NCBI GenBank assembly: GCA_045106175.1
Contig: JBGCEF010000033.1
Span: forward strand, 5,319-69,318
DNA from: Bdellovibrionales bacterium
GTDB lineage: Bacteria; Pseudomonadota; Alphaproteobacteria; Micavibrionales; Micavibrionaceae
Reading direction: 5' to 3'
DNA length: 64,000 nt
Shown: positions 25,702-35,314 of the stretch, piece by piece
Layout: every line of letters starts with the position of its first letter
How positions within the stretch are numbered: the stretch's first letter is position 1
Position numbers and translations under genes: made by a program
Notes under the pieces: generated by a model
What the model saw: only the letters and a program-made list of their open reading frames with translations
Told to the model about the DNA's origin: nothing
The model's database searches: none

Positions 25702-28700
25702 ATGAGTCATTCTAAATTGTCCGAATTCCTGCATGCCCACGAAGACAAAGCTGTTGCTGATTGTTTAAAAACCTTGCTTTGGGATCAGGAATTTTCCCGA
25801 AATGTTGAACAGTATGCGACAAAAATGGTGGAAGACTTGCGCGTTAAGGGTGCGCCGATTGGGCAGTTAGAGGCTTTCATGAAAGATTATGCGTTGGATA
25901 CGCAAGAAGGGCTTGCGCTGATGTGTCTTGCAGAGGCCTTGTTGCGTATCCCTGATAAACAAACCGCGAATGATTTGATCCGTGATAAAGTTGCCGCAGC
26001 AAATTGGTTAGATGCCGCGGGAGGGTCAAAAGATTGGATTGTTAAGGCCGCTGGCGTTGGTTTGTTTATGACGTCAAAGACCCTAGATGGTCTTTTAGCG
26101 CGTGTTGGAGAGCCGTTTATTCGTGAAGCGATGATTCAAGCCATGCAAGTTCTGGGTAAACAATTTGTTTTGGGCGTTGATATTGAAGATGCGGTTCAAA
26201 ATGCTGCAAAGCTGCGTAAAAAAGGCTATCGCATGTCTTATGATATTTTGGGCGAGGGCGCGCGTACAGCCGTTGACGCGGAGCATTATTTTGATACTTA
26301 TATGCGCTCTATTCACTATATCGGGGAACGTGGGTCGCAAGATGAAGTGAAACGGCCGGGGATTTCGATTAAATTGTCGGCGCTTCATCCACGTTATGAA
26401 TACGCGCAAAAAGAGATTTGCGTTCCTGCGCTTGCAGAGCGTTTGATGGAGCTAGCGTTAACGGCGCAAAAGCATAATCTGACCTTTACCGTAGATGCAG
26501 AAGAAGCAGACCGGTTAGAGCTTTCTTTGGATATTATGGCGGGGGTTTTGCCGCATCTTGACCCTTCGTGGGAAGGGTTTGGTTTGGCGGTGCAGGCTTA
26601 TCAGAAGCGTGCTTTGCCTTTAATTGATTATCTGGTTGATTTGTCATCATCCCACAAGCGTCGCTTTCAGGTGAGACTTGTTAAAGGTGCGTATTGGGAT
26701 AGTGAGATCAAACATGCACATGAGCTTGGGCTTGATGGGTTTCCTGTTTATACGCGTAAGGCCAATACAGATGTTTCATATTTAGCGTGTTCGCATAAGC
26801 TTTTGGGCAATGAGAGTGCTTTTTACCCAATGTTTGCGACGCATAATGCACATTCTTTGGCGGCAGTTATTGAGATGTCGCAAGGGAGAGCATTTGAATG
26901 TCAGCGATTATTTGGCATGGGATCAGGCTTGTTTGATGACATCATGAGCACGCATAATATTATGACGAGTGTTTATGCGCCAGTTGGCCCTCACCATGAT
27001 TTATTGCCGTATTTGGTGCGTCGATTATTAGAAAATGGTGCGAATACATCCTTTGTGAACCGGATGTTGGATCTTGACGCACCTGTGGATGCGTTAGTGG
27101 CCGATCCTGTGGAAAAGGTTCGTGATCGCAAGACTCATATGCATCCTAAAATTGTGTTGCCGCAAGACATTTATCAAAGCGAGGAAGCCGCGCCTCGTCT
27201 CAATTCAAAGGGCGTGGATCTTTCTGATCCGGTAAGTGTGAATACACTTTTTGATGGGTTTGATAGTTTTAAAGCGAATAAGTATGAGGCGGAGCCAGTC
27301 ATAAAAGGTGTTATGTACCGTCAAGGCGCGCATGAGGATGTCGTTAATCCTGCGCATTTGGGTGATGTTGTTGGTGCGTCATGGAACACGCGTCGTGAGC
27401 TTTGCGATCAATCTGTTGACGTTGCAAAGGCGGCCTTTATTGAATGGTCGGGGACGGATGTTGATATTCGTGCGCATATTTTAGAACAGATTGCGGATTT
27501 ATATGATGCGAATCGTGACGAGCTTTTGACTTTGCTTGTGCGTGAGGCTGGTAAAACGATGTCTGATGCGATTGGTGAGATTAGGGAAGCGATTGATTTT
27601 TGTCGTTATTACGCCAATCGTGCGCGCCATGATTTTCGCAGTGGTGGTTTTTCGATGCCATGTGTGACGGGTGAAAGTAATGTTTATTCTCTTCATGGGC
27701 GCGGTGTTTTTGTGTGTATCAGTCCGTGGAACTTCCCTATGGCTATTTATACGGGGCAGATCGTAGCGGCGCTGGTTGCGGGTAATTGCGTAGTTTGTAA
27801 ACCTGCAGAACAGACGCCTTTGATTGCGGCGAGGTGCATTGAATTGATGCATCAAGCCGGGGTGCCGGATGATGTTTTGAATATTGTGATTGGTAGCGGT
27901 GATGTTGGTGCGGCGTTGATTGCGCATAAAGATGTGGGCGGTGTTTGTTTTACAGGATCCACGGAAGTTGCGAGAGAGATTAATCAGACCTTGGCGGCGA
28001 AAGACGGGCCGATTGTTCCCTTTATTGCCGAGACAGGTGGGCAAAATGCCATGATCGTTGACTCGTCTGCTCTTCCTGAGCAAGTGATCGATGATGTTAT
28101 GTTGAGTGCCTTTGGGTCTGCGGGGCAGAGATGTTCAGCTATGCGGATTTTATGTGTGCAGGATGATATCGCCGATAAGATTATTCGCATGTTAAAGGGC
28201 GCAATGGCGGAGCTTGTTGTTGGAGCACCCGAGCAACTATCGAGCGATGTTGGACCAGTCATTGATGAGCAGGCGAAAGGTGTTTTAATGCGTCATCGCG
28301 AAGCGCTTAAGGGGTTTGGTAAGTTTTTGTATGAATGTAAAGTGGATAAAAATTTGTATGATCAAGGGACGTATTTTGCGCCAGTTGCTTATGAGATTGA
28401 TGGGATTCATGCGTTACATAATGAGGTTTTTGGACCGATTTTACATGTGGTGCGTTATGAGAAAGATAAGCTGGGTGATCTCTTGCAGGATATTGATGAT
28501 TCTGGTTACGCGTTGACATTTGGTGTTCATAGCCGGATTGATGAATTTCATGATTTTGTTGTGAGTCGTGTTAGGGCCGGTAATGCCTATGTTAACCGTT
28601 CTATGATTGGTGCTATTGTTGGTTCTCAGCCTTTTGGTGGGCATGGTTTATCGGGGACGGGGCCAAAGGCAGGCGGGCCACATTATTTGCATCGTTTTGC

Positions 28701-28773
28701 GACGGAGCGTGTTGTTAGTGTGAATACAACAGCAAGTGGTGGCAATGCTTCGCTTGTTAGTTTAGAAGAATAA
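25702..28773 (+). CDS. putA: Bifunctional proline dehydrogenase / L-glutamate gamma-semialdehyde dehydrogenase PutA (no N-terminal DNA-binding domain)
   Basis: 1023 aa. PRODH barrel blocks (VRLVKGAYWD, YLVRRLLENGANTSFV) are followed by ALDH blocks (ISPWNFPMAI, ETGGQNAMIVD, FGSAGQRCSA). Confidence 0.95.
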   Translation: MSHSKLSEFLHAHEDKAVADCLKTLLWDQEFSRNVEQYATKMVEDLRVKGAPIGQLEAFMKDYALDTQEGLALMCLAEALLRIPDKQTANDLIRDKVAAANWLDAAGGSKDWIVKAAGVGLFMTSKTLDGLLARVGEPFIREAMIQAMQVLGKQFVLGVDIEDAVQNAAKLRKKGYRMSYDILGEGARTAVDAEHYFDTYMRSIHYIGERGSQDEVKRPGISIKLSALHPRYEYAQKEICVPALAERLMELALTAQKHNLTFTVDAEEADRLELSLDIMAGVLPHLDPSWEGFGLAVQAYQKRALPLIDYLVDLSSSHKRRFQVRLVKGAYWDSEIKHAHELGLDGFPVYTRKANTDVSYLACSHKLLGNESAFYPMFATHNAHSLAAVIEMSQGRAFECQRLFGMGSGLFDDIMSTHNIMTSVYAPVGPHHDLLPYLVRRLLENGANTSFVNRMLDLDAPVDALVADPVEKVRDRKTHMHPKIVLPQDIYQSEEAAPRLNSKGVDLSDPVSVNTLFDGFDSFKANKYEAEPVIKGVMYRQGAHEDVVNPAHLGDVVGASWNTRRELCDQSVDVAKAAFIEWSGTDVDIRAHILEQIADLYDANRDELLTLLVREAGKTMSDAIGEIREAIDFCRYYANRARHDFRSGGFSMPCVTGESNVYSLHGRGVFVCISPWNFPMAIYTGQIVAALVAGNCVVCKPAEQTPLIAARCIELMHQAGVPDDVLNIVIGSGDVGAALIAHKDVGGVCFTGSTEVAREINQTLAAKDGPIVPFIAETGGQNAMIVDSSALPEQVIDDVMLSAFGSAGQRCSAMRILCVQDDIADKIIRMLKGAMAELVVGAPEQLSSDVGPVIDEQAKGVLMRHREALKGFGKFLYECKVDKNLYDQGTYFAPVAYEIDGIHALHNEVFGPILHVVRYEKDKLGDLLQDIDDSGYALTFGVHSRIDEFHDFVVSRVRAGNAYVNRSMIGAIVGSQPFGGHGLSGTGPKAGGPHYLHRFATERVVSVNTTASGGNASLVSLEE

Positions 28774-28803
28774 AAAATATAGTTCTATTAAAAGGGTATC
28801 GTT

Positions 28804-30090
28804 ATGAGAGTTTTGTTGATTGGATCTGGTGGGCGTGAACATGCGCTGGCGTGGGCAATGGCGCAATCGGATGGTTGCGATGCGCTATATTGTGCGCCAG
28901 GTAATGCTGGCATTGAGAGTTGTGCAGATTGTGTTGATATTGCGGCGGATGATGTTGATGGGCTTGTTGATTTTGCGGTTCAAAATGCGATTGATTTGGT
29001 TGTTGTTGGACCGGAACAGCCCCTTGTTTTAGGGGTTGTTGATCGCCTGAAAGAAAAGGGCATCAGTGCTTTTGGCCCTGATAAGGCTGCGGCGCAAATT
29101 GAAGGTTCAAAAGGGTTCATGAAGGACTTATGTGCGAAGTATGATATTCCGACTGCTGCTTATCAACGTTTCAGCGAAGTTGAACCTGCTAAGGCCTTTA
29201 TTGAGGCACAAGGCGTTCCGATTGTCATTAAAGCGGATGGTTTGGCTGCCGGTAAGGGTGTGATAATTGCGGACCATTTGGACGATGCATTTGCGACTGT
29301 CGATGATATGTTATCGGGTAATGCGTTTGGTGAAGCTGGTCATGAAATTGTGGTTGAGCAGTTTTTAAACGGGGAAGAGCTGAGCTATTTTGCCTTAGCT
29401 GATGGTCAAACAATATTGCCATTAACGAGTGCGCAAGACCATAAACGTGCTTTTGATGGTGACGCAGGACCGAATACGGGGGGTATGGGTGCTTATAGCC
29501 CTGCACATTTGATGGATGATGTATTGGAAGAGAAAATTTTGACTCGCATCATTGAACCGACCATTGCAGGGATGGCACAAGATGGTAATCCTTTTACAGG
29601 GGTCTTGTTTGCGGGATTGATGGTTGTTGATGGGGAACCTTTTCTGATTGAGCATAATGCCCGCTTTGGTGATCCAGAATGCCAGACATTGATGATGCGA
29701 CTGCAAGGAGACATTTTGTATGTTTTGGATATGGCGGCGCAAGGAAAGCTGGATCAAGTTAAAGATCAAGTGAGTTGGCGTGATGAGAGTGCGTTATGTG
29801 TTGTGATGGCCGCAAATGGTTATCCTGGTGCATATGAGAAGAATAGCGTGATTGAACAGTTGGATGATACAGCGGAGATTAAAGATTTAACGGTATTTCA
29901 TGCAGGAACCGCCAAGAATGATGATGGACAGTTTGTCAGCATAGGTGGACGTGTTTTGGGTGTAACAGCTATTGGTGTTGATGTAGCAGAAGCGCAGCGT
30001 CGCGCTTATATGGGTGTTGATCAAATTCGTTGGCCTGGTGGATTTAGCCGCAAGGATATTGGTTGGCGCGCTGTCAAAGCTATAGCTTGA
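28804..30090 (+). CDS. purD: Phosphoribosylamine--glycine ligase
   Basis: MRVLLIGSGGREHALAWA, IVIKADGLAAGKGV and the ATP-grasp pattern. Confidence 0.95.
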   Translation: MRVLLIGSGGREHALAWAMAQSDGCDALYCAPGNAGIESCADCVDIAADDVDGLVDFAVQNAIDLVVVGPEQPLVLGVVDRLKEKGISAFGPDKAAAQIEGSKGFMKDLCAKYDIPTAAYQRFSEVEPAKAFIEAQGVPIVIKADGLAAGKGVIIADHLDDAFATVDDMLSGNAFGEAGHEIVVEQFLNGEELSYFALADGQTILPLTSAQDHKRAFDGDAGPNTGGMGAYSPAHLMDDVLEEKILTRIIEPTIAGMAQDGNPFTGVLFAGLMVVDGEPFLIEHNARFGDPECQTLMMRLQGDILYVLDMAAQGKLDQVKDQVSWRDESALCVVMAANGYPGAYEKNSVIEQLDDTAEIKDLTVFHAGTAKNDDGQFVSIGGRVLGVTAIGVDVAEAQRRAYMGVDQIRWPGGFSRKDIGWRAVKAIA

Positions 30091-30579
30091 TTATCTTTTT
30101 GATTTGAAAAAATCTTTTAGGATTTGTCCGCATTCATCAGCCAGTAGTCCTTGTTTTGATTCTGGTCTCCAATGGCATGTGGGCTGTTCATAGAATTTGG
30201 CCCCGTGAAAAATACCTCCGCCCTTTGGATCATCTGCTCCTATAATGACTTTCTTAATGCGTGCGAAGCTGATGGCGGCTGCACACATTGTGCATGGCTC
30301 TAGTGATACGTAGAGTGTCGTATTTGGAATTCTCTGTGCGCTATGTTTTTCACATGCCTTACGGATGCATAATATTTCTGCATGTGCGGATGGATCGTTT
30401 AATTCACGAGTGCGATTTCCGGCGGATGCGATGATTTCTTTTGAACTATCTTGCACCAATACTGCACCGATTGGGACTTCATCTCTCTCTTTTGCTTTGT
30501 TTGCCTCTTCCAAAGCTAGGCGCATGAAGTTATGGTCTTCTTCTGTAAAAATGTTTTGTGTTTGAAAGTTGGATGTCAT
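30091..30579 (-). CDS. tadA: tRNA adenosine(34) deaminase
   Basis: CDA zinc motifs HAEILCIRKA and PCTMCAAAI. An internal alternative start MRLALEE lies at 30525. Confidence 0.9.
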   Translation of the reverse strand: MTSNFQTQNIFTEEDHNFMRLALEEANKAKERDEVPIGAVLVQDSSKEIIASAGNRTRELNDPSAHAEILCIRKACEKHSAQRIPNTTLYVSLEPCTMCAAAISFARIKKVIIGADDPKGGGIFHGAKFYEQPTCHWRPESKQGLLADECGQILKDFFKSKR

Positions 30580-31327
30580 GACTGTAGAGAATCATAAAAA
30601 AGAACGAATTGCAAAACGAATTGCAAGGGCTGGCCTTTGTTCACGCCGAGATGCGGAAAGATGGATTGAGAGTGGGCGCGTTGTTGTGAATGATGAAGTG
30701 CTTAAGACTCCGGCTTTTTTGGTTGGTGATGAGGATAAGATTGTTGTCGATGGAAAGCCATTGCAGGCAAAAGAACAATCGCGCTTGTGGCTCTATCATA
30801 AGCCAGCAGGGCTTGTTACGACGCATAGGGATGAGCAGAACCGAGCGACCGTTTTTGATAGTTTGCCAGATCATTTGCCACGCGTTTTGAGCGTCGGGCG
30901 TTTAGATTTAAATACTGAAGGGTTATTGCTTTTGACCAATGATGGTGAATTATCAAGGTTTTTGGAGTTGCCGTCGACGGGTTGGACACGTCAATATCGT
31001 GTGCGGGTGATGGGGCGTTTGAATCGAAAACGCCTTGAAAGTTTAGATAAGGGAATTGTTGTGGATGGTGTTCGTTATGGTTCAATTAAGGTGCAAGTGG
31101 ATCAAAAAAGTGAAGGGACAAACCAATGGCTGACTTTGTCATTGAAGGAAGGTAAGAACCGTGAAATTAGACGTGTGATGGAGGCACTTGATTTAAGGGT
31201 TAGCCGTCTTATTCGTGTTTCCTATGGGCCGTTTGATTTGGGGCAGATACCGCGTGGTGATGTTGTTGAAATTAAAGATAAAGTTATGAAAGCGCAGCTT
31301 GCTAAATATTTTAAAGGTACGATTTGA
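30578..31327 (+). CDS. Pseudouridine synthase, RsuA/RluB family with S4 domain
   Basis: S4 motif ERIAKRIARAGLCSRRDAERWI and the catalytic block GRLDLNTEGLLLLTNDGEL. The ATG at 30578 is preferred over the track's TTG at 30569. Confidence 0.88.
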   Translation: MTVENHKKERIAKRIARAGLCSRRDAERWIESGRVVVNDEVLKTPAFLVGDEDKIVVDGKPLQAKEQSRLWLYHKPAGLVTTHRDEQNRATVFDSLPDHLPRVLSVGRLDLNTEGLLLLTNDGELSRFLELPSTGWTRQYRVRVMGRLNRKRLESLDKGIVVDGVRYGSIKVQVDQKSEGTNQWLTLSLKEGKNREIRRVMEALDLRVSRLIRVSYGPFDLGQIPRGDVVEIKDKVMKAQLAKYFKGTI

Positions 31328-31884
31328 TGCGCGTGGTAGCCGGAGAGCTTGGTGGACGTCGTCTTAATGTTCTAGAAGGACGCGATATAAGGCCAACTAG
31401 TGACAAGGTTAGGGGCGCTGTTTTTAATGCGCTTATTGGTCTTATTGAGATTGAGAGTGTATTTGTTTTAGATCTTTTTTGTGGAACGGGCGCATTAGGT
31501 ATTGAAGCGTTATCGCGGGGCGCGCTGCATTGCGTCTTTGTTGATCAGGCGCGCTCCTCGCTTAATCTGGCGCGCCAGAATGTTGCTACGCTTGGTGTTG
31601 AGGAACAATCTGATTTTATTTTGAGTGATGCAAAAAAGGTTCATTTTTCAGATGTTCAGCGCTTTGATCTGGTGTTTTTAGATCCGCCCTATAACAAGGA
31701 TTTAATACTGCCTTGTCTTGATTGTCTTGGGGCAAGTGATGCGCTTAATGATGGTGCAGTATGTGTTTTGGAGAGTGAGGCAATGTTCCAGTATAAGGGG
31801 TGTCAGCATTTTGAAATGATTAAGAGCAAGGTGTATGGAGATACTCTTATAACATATTTACGCTATAGGAAGTCTGTTGCGTAG
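31327..31884 (+). CDS. rsmD: 16S rRNA (guanine966-N2)-methyltransferase
   Basis: RPTSDKVRGAVFN, DLFCGTGALGIEALSRGA and the DPPY motif. The start ATG overlaps the preceding TGA (TGATG). Confidence 0.88.
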   Translation: MRVVAGELGGRRLNVLEGRDIRPTSDKVRGAVFNALIGLIEIESVFVLDLFCGTGALGIEALSRGALHCVFVDQARSSLNLARQNVATLGVEEQSDFILSDAKKVHFSDVQRFDLVFLDPPYNKDLILPCLDCLGASDALNDGAVCVLESEAMFQYKGCQHFEMIKSKVYGDTLITYLRYRKSVA

Positions 31885-32690
31885 ATTGTAATTAATAGCC
31901 CAGTTCCTAAAATGATGCGGTAGATTGCAAATGGTGTGAAGCTTGCTTTAGCAAGCCATTTCATCATGAGAATGATTGCGATATAGCCCGAGAGAAATGC
32001 TAAAAACGCGGCAATCAATACATTATAGGATAAATTTGGATCAGGTTGATTGAAGAGTTCGAGCCCGCCTAATGCGCCTGCACCAGAAATTGCAATAATT
32101 CCGAGGAGGAGAGAGTAATGCGCGCATTCGCTTCTGCTGTAGCCTAAAAAGCGGCTTGTGGTCATGGTGATGCCAGAGCGGCTTGTGCCAGGGATGAGGG
32201 CTAAGCATTGAGATAGACCAATGATGAATGCATGTTTGTAGGTGAGCTCTTCGATTGATTTTTCTTCTGTGGCATATCGGTCCGCAACCCAGAGCATGAT
32301 GCCAAAAATAAGTGTGGTCCACGCGACAATTTCAACAGCCAAAAGCCAAGACGGGCTGAGTGCGTTTAGGGCGAAGCCGGCAATTATGACAGGTATTGAA
32401 CCGATTATGATTTTAAGGGTTAAGACGTTTCCATTGTGATTGGTTTTGCCTGTTAATAAGGCTATTAAGCCATTTAACATGAGAAGGACATCTTTGCGGA
32501 AGTAGAGTAAGACTGAAAATAGTGTGCCAATATGGACCGCTACATCCATGATTATATGCTTGTCCCATTCTTGTGTTGCGTTTCCGTCGATAGCGGCATG
32601 TGCCAAGACTAAGTGTCCGCTTGAGCTGATGGGAAGAAATTCTGTAATCCCTTGTATTAATGCCAGTATGATGATGTGGTAAAGCGGCAT
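31863..32690 (-). CDS. uppP: Undecaprenyl-diphosphate phosphatase
   Basis: BacA signature QGITEFLPISSSGHL and PGTSRSG. 275-aa polytopic protein. Confidence 0.93.
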   Translation of the reverse strand: MPLYHIIILALIQGITEFLPISSSGHLVLAHAAIDGNATQEWDKHIIMDVAVHIGTLFSVLLYFRKDVLLMLNGLIALLTGKTNHNGNVLTLKIIIGSIPVIIAGFALNALSPSWLLAVEIVAWTTLIFGIMLWVADRYATEEKSIEELTYKHAFIIGLSQCLALIPGTSRSGITMTTSRFLGYSRSECAHYSLLLGIIAISGAGALGGLELFNQPDPNLSYNVLIAAFLAFLSGYIAIILMMKWLAKASFTPFAIYRIILGTGLLITIYATDFL

Positions 32691-32698
32691 TTATATCC

Positions 32699-32947
32699 GT
32701 GTTCTTGCTTTTTAATTCATTATCGTGGACCATGTTTTATATGGTTTATGTGGTTGGTACAATCGGATTTTTTTCGGGGTTTGTTTTAGGGATTTTTATT
32801 CTGAGCGCGCTTTTGAAGGATCGAAGTCGGCGTGAATTATTAGAAGATCGTGGTTTGAAATGGACCTACGGGGTATTTGCCTGGATTATTGCAGCGATTA
32901 CGGCTTATGCGGCTGTGCAGAGTTATAACATGTATTTGGTTGAATAA
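32699..32947 (+). CDS. Small membrane protein, hypothetical
   Basis: 82-aa ORF (or 71 aa from the ATG at 32732) with two predicted TM helices. No recognisable family. Confidence 0.45.
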   Translation: MFLLFNSLSWTMFYMVYVVGTIGFFSGFVLGIFILSALLKDRSRRELLEDRGLKWTYGVFAWIIAAITAYAAVQSYNMYLVE

Positions 32948-32972
32948 GTTGCGGGTCATGAAGGAGCATTAA

Positions 32973-33635
32973 GTGTCAGCAGATAATGAAAATTATAACA
33001 ACGTATCGCGTTTTTTTCATTGGGGGATAGCGTTGTTATTTATTGGTCTTTTGAGCGTTGGGTTTTATATGGTCACGATGGACCCAGAGCCTTTTAAATT
33101 TAAGGTTTATGGTTGGCATAAGGCAACGGGCATTACCGTATTGTTTTTTGTATTATGTCGTGTTGTTTGGAAATTCATTTCTAAAAACCCTGATGCTTTA
33201 AGTCACCATAAACAATGGGAAAAAATACTCTCTAAAACGATACATATTGTTTTATATGGAGCAATGATCGGTATGCCATTATCCGGGTGGATCATGTCAT
33301 CTGCGGGTGGTTATCCAGTTTCGTTTTTTGGTCTTTTTGAAGTACCTAATATTGTTTCGAAAGATAAAGAATTATCGCGATTGGCCAATCAAATTCATGG
33401 GTATATGGGTTTTACTATTTTGTTTTGTATTGGGCTTCATATTATCGGTGCATTGAAGCATCACATTTTTGACAAGGATCGTACGTTGAACCGTATGGGT
33501 GGTCATGTTGCTTTCGGTGTTATTGCTCTATTATTTTTAAGTATTGCTTTTTATTTTCCAGCAAAAGGGTTTATTTCGAATTTGATGCAATCGCAGAGTA
33601 TTGAAAACAGCGTTTCCAGCTCTGATAGTGAGTGA
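32973..33635 (+). CDS. Cytochrome b561 family protein
   Basis: FHWGIALLFI, WHKATG and HIIGALKHH heme-ligand histidine pattern in a four-TM protein. GTG start preceded by AAGGAG. Confidence 0.8.
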   Translation: MSADNENYNNVSRFFHWGIALLFIGLLSVGFYMVTMDPEPFKFKVYGWHKATGITVLFFVLCRVVWKFISKNPDALSHHKQWEKILSKTIHIVLYGAMIGMPLSGWIMSSAGGYPVSFFGLFEVPNIVSKDKELSRLANQIHGYMGFTILFCIGLHIIGALKHHIFDKDRTLNRMGGHVAFGVIALLFLSIAFYFPAKGFISNLMQSQSIENSVSSSDSE

Positions 33636-33705
33636 ATTAGGAAAGTCTTATGGAACTGTTCATTTTGCTCTAGGATTCTTTAATCGTTCAGGCTAAGCTT
33701 AATTT

Positions 33706-34374
33706 ATGAGAAAGCTTTATCATTTATGGTTGCACCCTTATTCGCGCAAAGTTCGTCTTGTTTTAGCTGAGAAAAATTTAGACTTTGATCTACAGGTTGA
33801 AAAGATTTGGGAGCGCCGTACAGATTTTTTAGCCATGAACCCGGCTGGAGATGTTCCCGTTTTAGTGGAGCAAGATGGCACAACATTGGCGAATTCTCAG
33901 GTTATTTGCGAATATCTTGAAGAGGTCTACCCTGAGAATAATATATTAGGTTCTGACCCGGTTCAACGCGCAGAGACGCGCCGTTTGGTGAGTTGGTTTG
34001 ATGTGAAATTTAACCGTGAAGTCACAGAGAATTTGGTCAGTGAGAAGCTCATGAAACGCTATTTGAAACTTGGTGAGCCAAATGGCCCATCAATTCGTGC
34101 GGGTCATGCGAATATTCATTATCATCTTGATTATATTGGTTTTTTAACTGAAAAACGTCGTTGGCTTGCGGGGGATCAGTTTTCGTTGGCGGATATTGCC
34201 GCGGCTTCACATTTATCAGCGGTGGATTATATTGGTGATGTGCCATGGGAAGAGCATCATGCAGCGCGTCAATGGTACGAAAAAATACGTGAGCGTGATA
34301 GTTTCAAGCCTTTGCTTGATGACCGTGTTCCGGGATTTGAACCTGTTTCCCAGTATGAAAATGTTTCTGCTTAA
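33706..34374 (+). CDS. Glutathione S-transferase family protein
   Basis: N-terminal thioredoxin-like GST pattern (LYHLWLHPYSRKVRLVLAEK, VPVLVE.DG..L..S..I.EYL) and a C-terminal helical domain. Confidence 0.85.
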   Translation: MRKLYHLWLHPYSRKVRLVLAEKNLDFDLQVEKIWERRTDFLAMNPAGDVPVLVEQDGTTLANSQVICEYLEEVYPENNILGSDPVQRAETRRLVSWFDVKFNREVTENLVSEKLMKRYLKLGEPNGPSIRAGHANIHYHLDYIGFLTEKRRWLAGDQFSLADIAAASHLSAVDYIGDVPWEEHHAARQWYEKIRERDSFKPLLDDRVPGFEPVSQYENVSA

Positions 34375-34396
34375 TAAACACTAAATTGGATTGTGT

Positions 34397-35314
34397 ATGA
34401 CGCAGCAAAATAAGCTGTTTTGCTTTGGATATGGATATAGTTGTGATTATCTTGGCCACGAATTGAGTGCTCAAGGGTGGCGCGTCTCTGGTACAACACG
34501 TAATACAGAAAAACGAGACACTCTTAAAAATCGTGATGTTGATGCTCATTTGTTTGACTATGAATGCCCTTTGCCTGATCCACTTCTGACTCTTAGAGAT
34601 GTTACTCATTTGGTTATTTCAACACCGCCGGGTGATGATGGTGACCCTGCATTTTTGATGCATGCCGAAGATATTTTGCAATTACCAAACCTTCAATGGA
34701 TTGGGTATCTTTCGACGACCGGTGTTTATGGTGATCGTGATGGTGGGTGGGTTGATGAAAATTCTGAAATACGCCCTAATAGTAAACGTGGATCGCGTCG
34801 TGCGCACGCGGAAGAGCAATGGTTGTCTCTTGTGAAATCTCATAATTTGCCGGTTCATGTTTTTCGGTTGGCTGGAATTTATGGACCAGGGCGCAGTGCG
34901 CTCGATTCTATTCGTGCGGGGGTTGCGCGGCGCATTGAAAAAGCAGGGCATGCTTTTAGCCGTATTCATGTAGAAGATATTGCGCAGATTTTGATTGCTT
35001 CGATGCGATATCCGAATCCGGGAGCAGCATATAATATTTGTGATGATGTGGCCGCGCCTAGCCATGAGGTTATCGCGCATGCATGTGAGTTGCTTGCGCG
35101 CCCTATTCCGCCACTTATTCCTTTTGACGAGGCGGATTTATCACCTATGGCGCGTAGTTTTTATGCCGATAATAAACGCGTTCGTAATAATCGCATCAAA
35201 GATGAGCTTAAAGTGGATCTGAAATATAAGAATTATATTGATGGTTTACAGGCCTGTATGGACGCGGAGCAATATGCCTTATCACTTTTCAAAGGTATGG
35301 CGACAAAGTCTTAG
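34397..35314 (+). CDS. NAD(P)-binding Rossmann (SDR/epimerase-like) family protein
   Basis: About 305 aa. Has FGYGYS in place of the glycine-rich loop, and STTGVYGD and RLAGIYGPGR blocks as in atypical epimerase/dehydratase-family proteins. Confidence 0.55.
   Translation: MTQQNKLFCFGYGYSCDYLGHELSAQGWRVSGTTRNTEKRDTLKNRDVDAHLFDYECPLPDPLLTLRDVTHLVISTPPGDDGDPAFLMHAEDILQLPNLQWIGYLSTTGVYGDRDGGWVDENSEIRPNSKRGSRRAHAEEQWLSLVKSHNLPVHVFRLAGIYGPGRSALDSIRAGVARRIEKAGHAFSRIHVEDIAQILIASMRYPNPGAAYNICDDVAAPSHEVIAHACELLARPIPPLIPFDEADLSPMARSFYADNKRVRNNRIKDELKVDLKYKNYIDGLQACMDAEQYALSLFKGMATKS

Noticed and set aside
27499-28083. 194-aa ORF antisense to putA. Similar long antisense ORFs lie at 38427-38942 (in the ScsB-like gene), 57996-58652 and 58603-58992 (in gdh), 50240-50716 (alternative frame in ctaB), 12204-12587 (in paralog 3), 14698-15108 and 15170-15580 (in ettA).
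   Set aside because: Each lies wholly inside a gene with unambiguous family motifs. Their translations are low-complexity and Arg/Ser/Pro-rich with no recognisable motifs, as expected for shadow frames.
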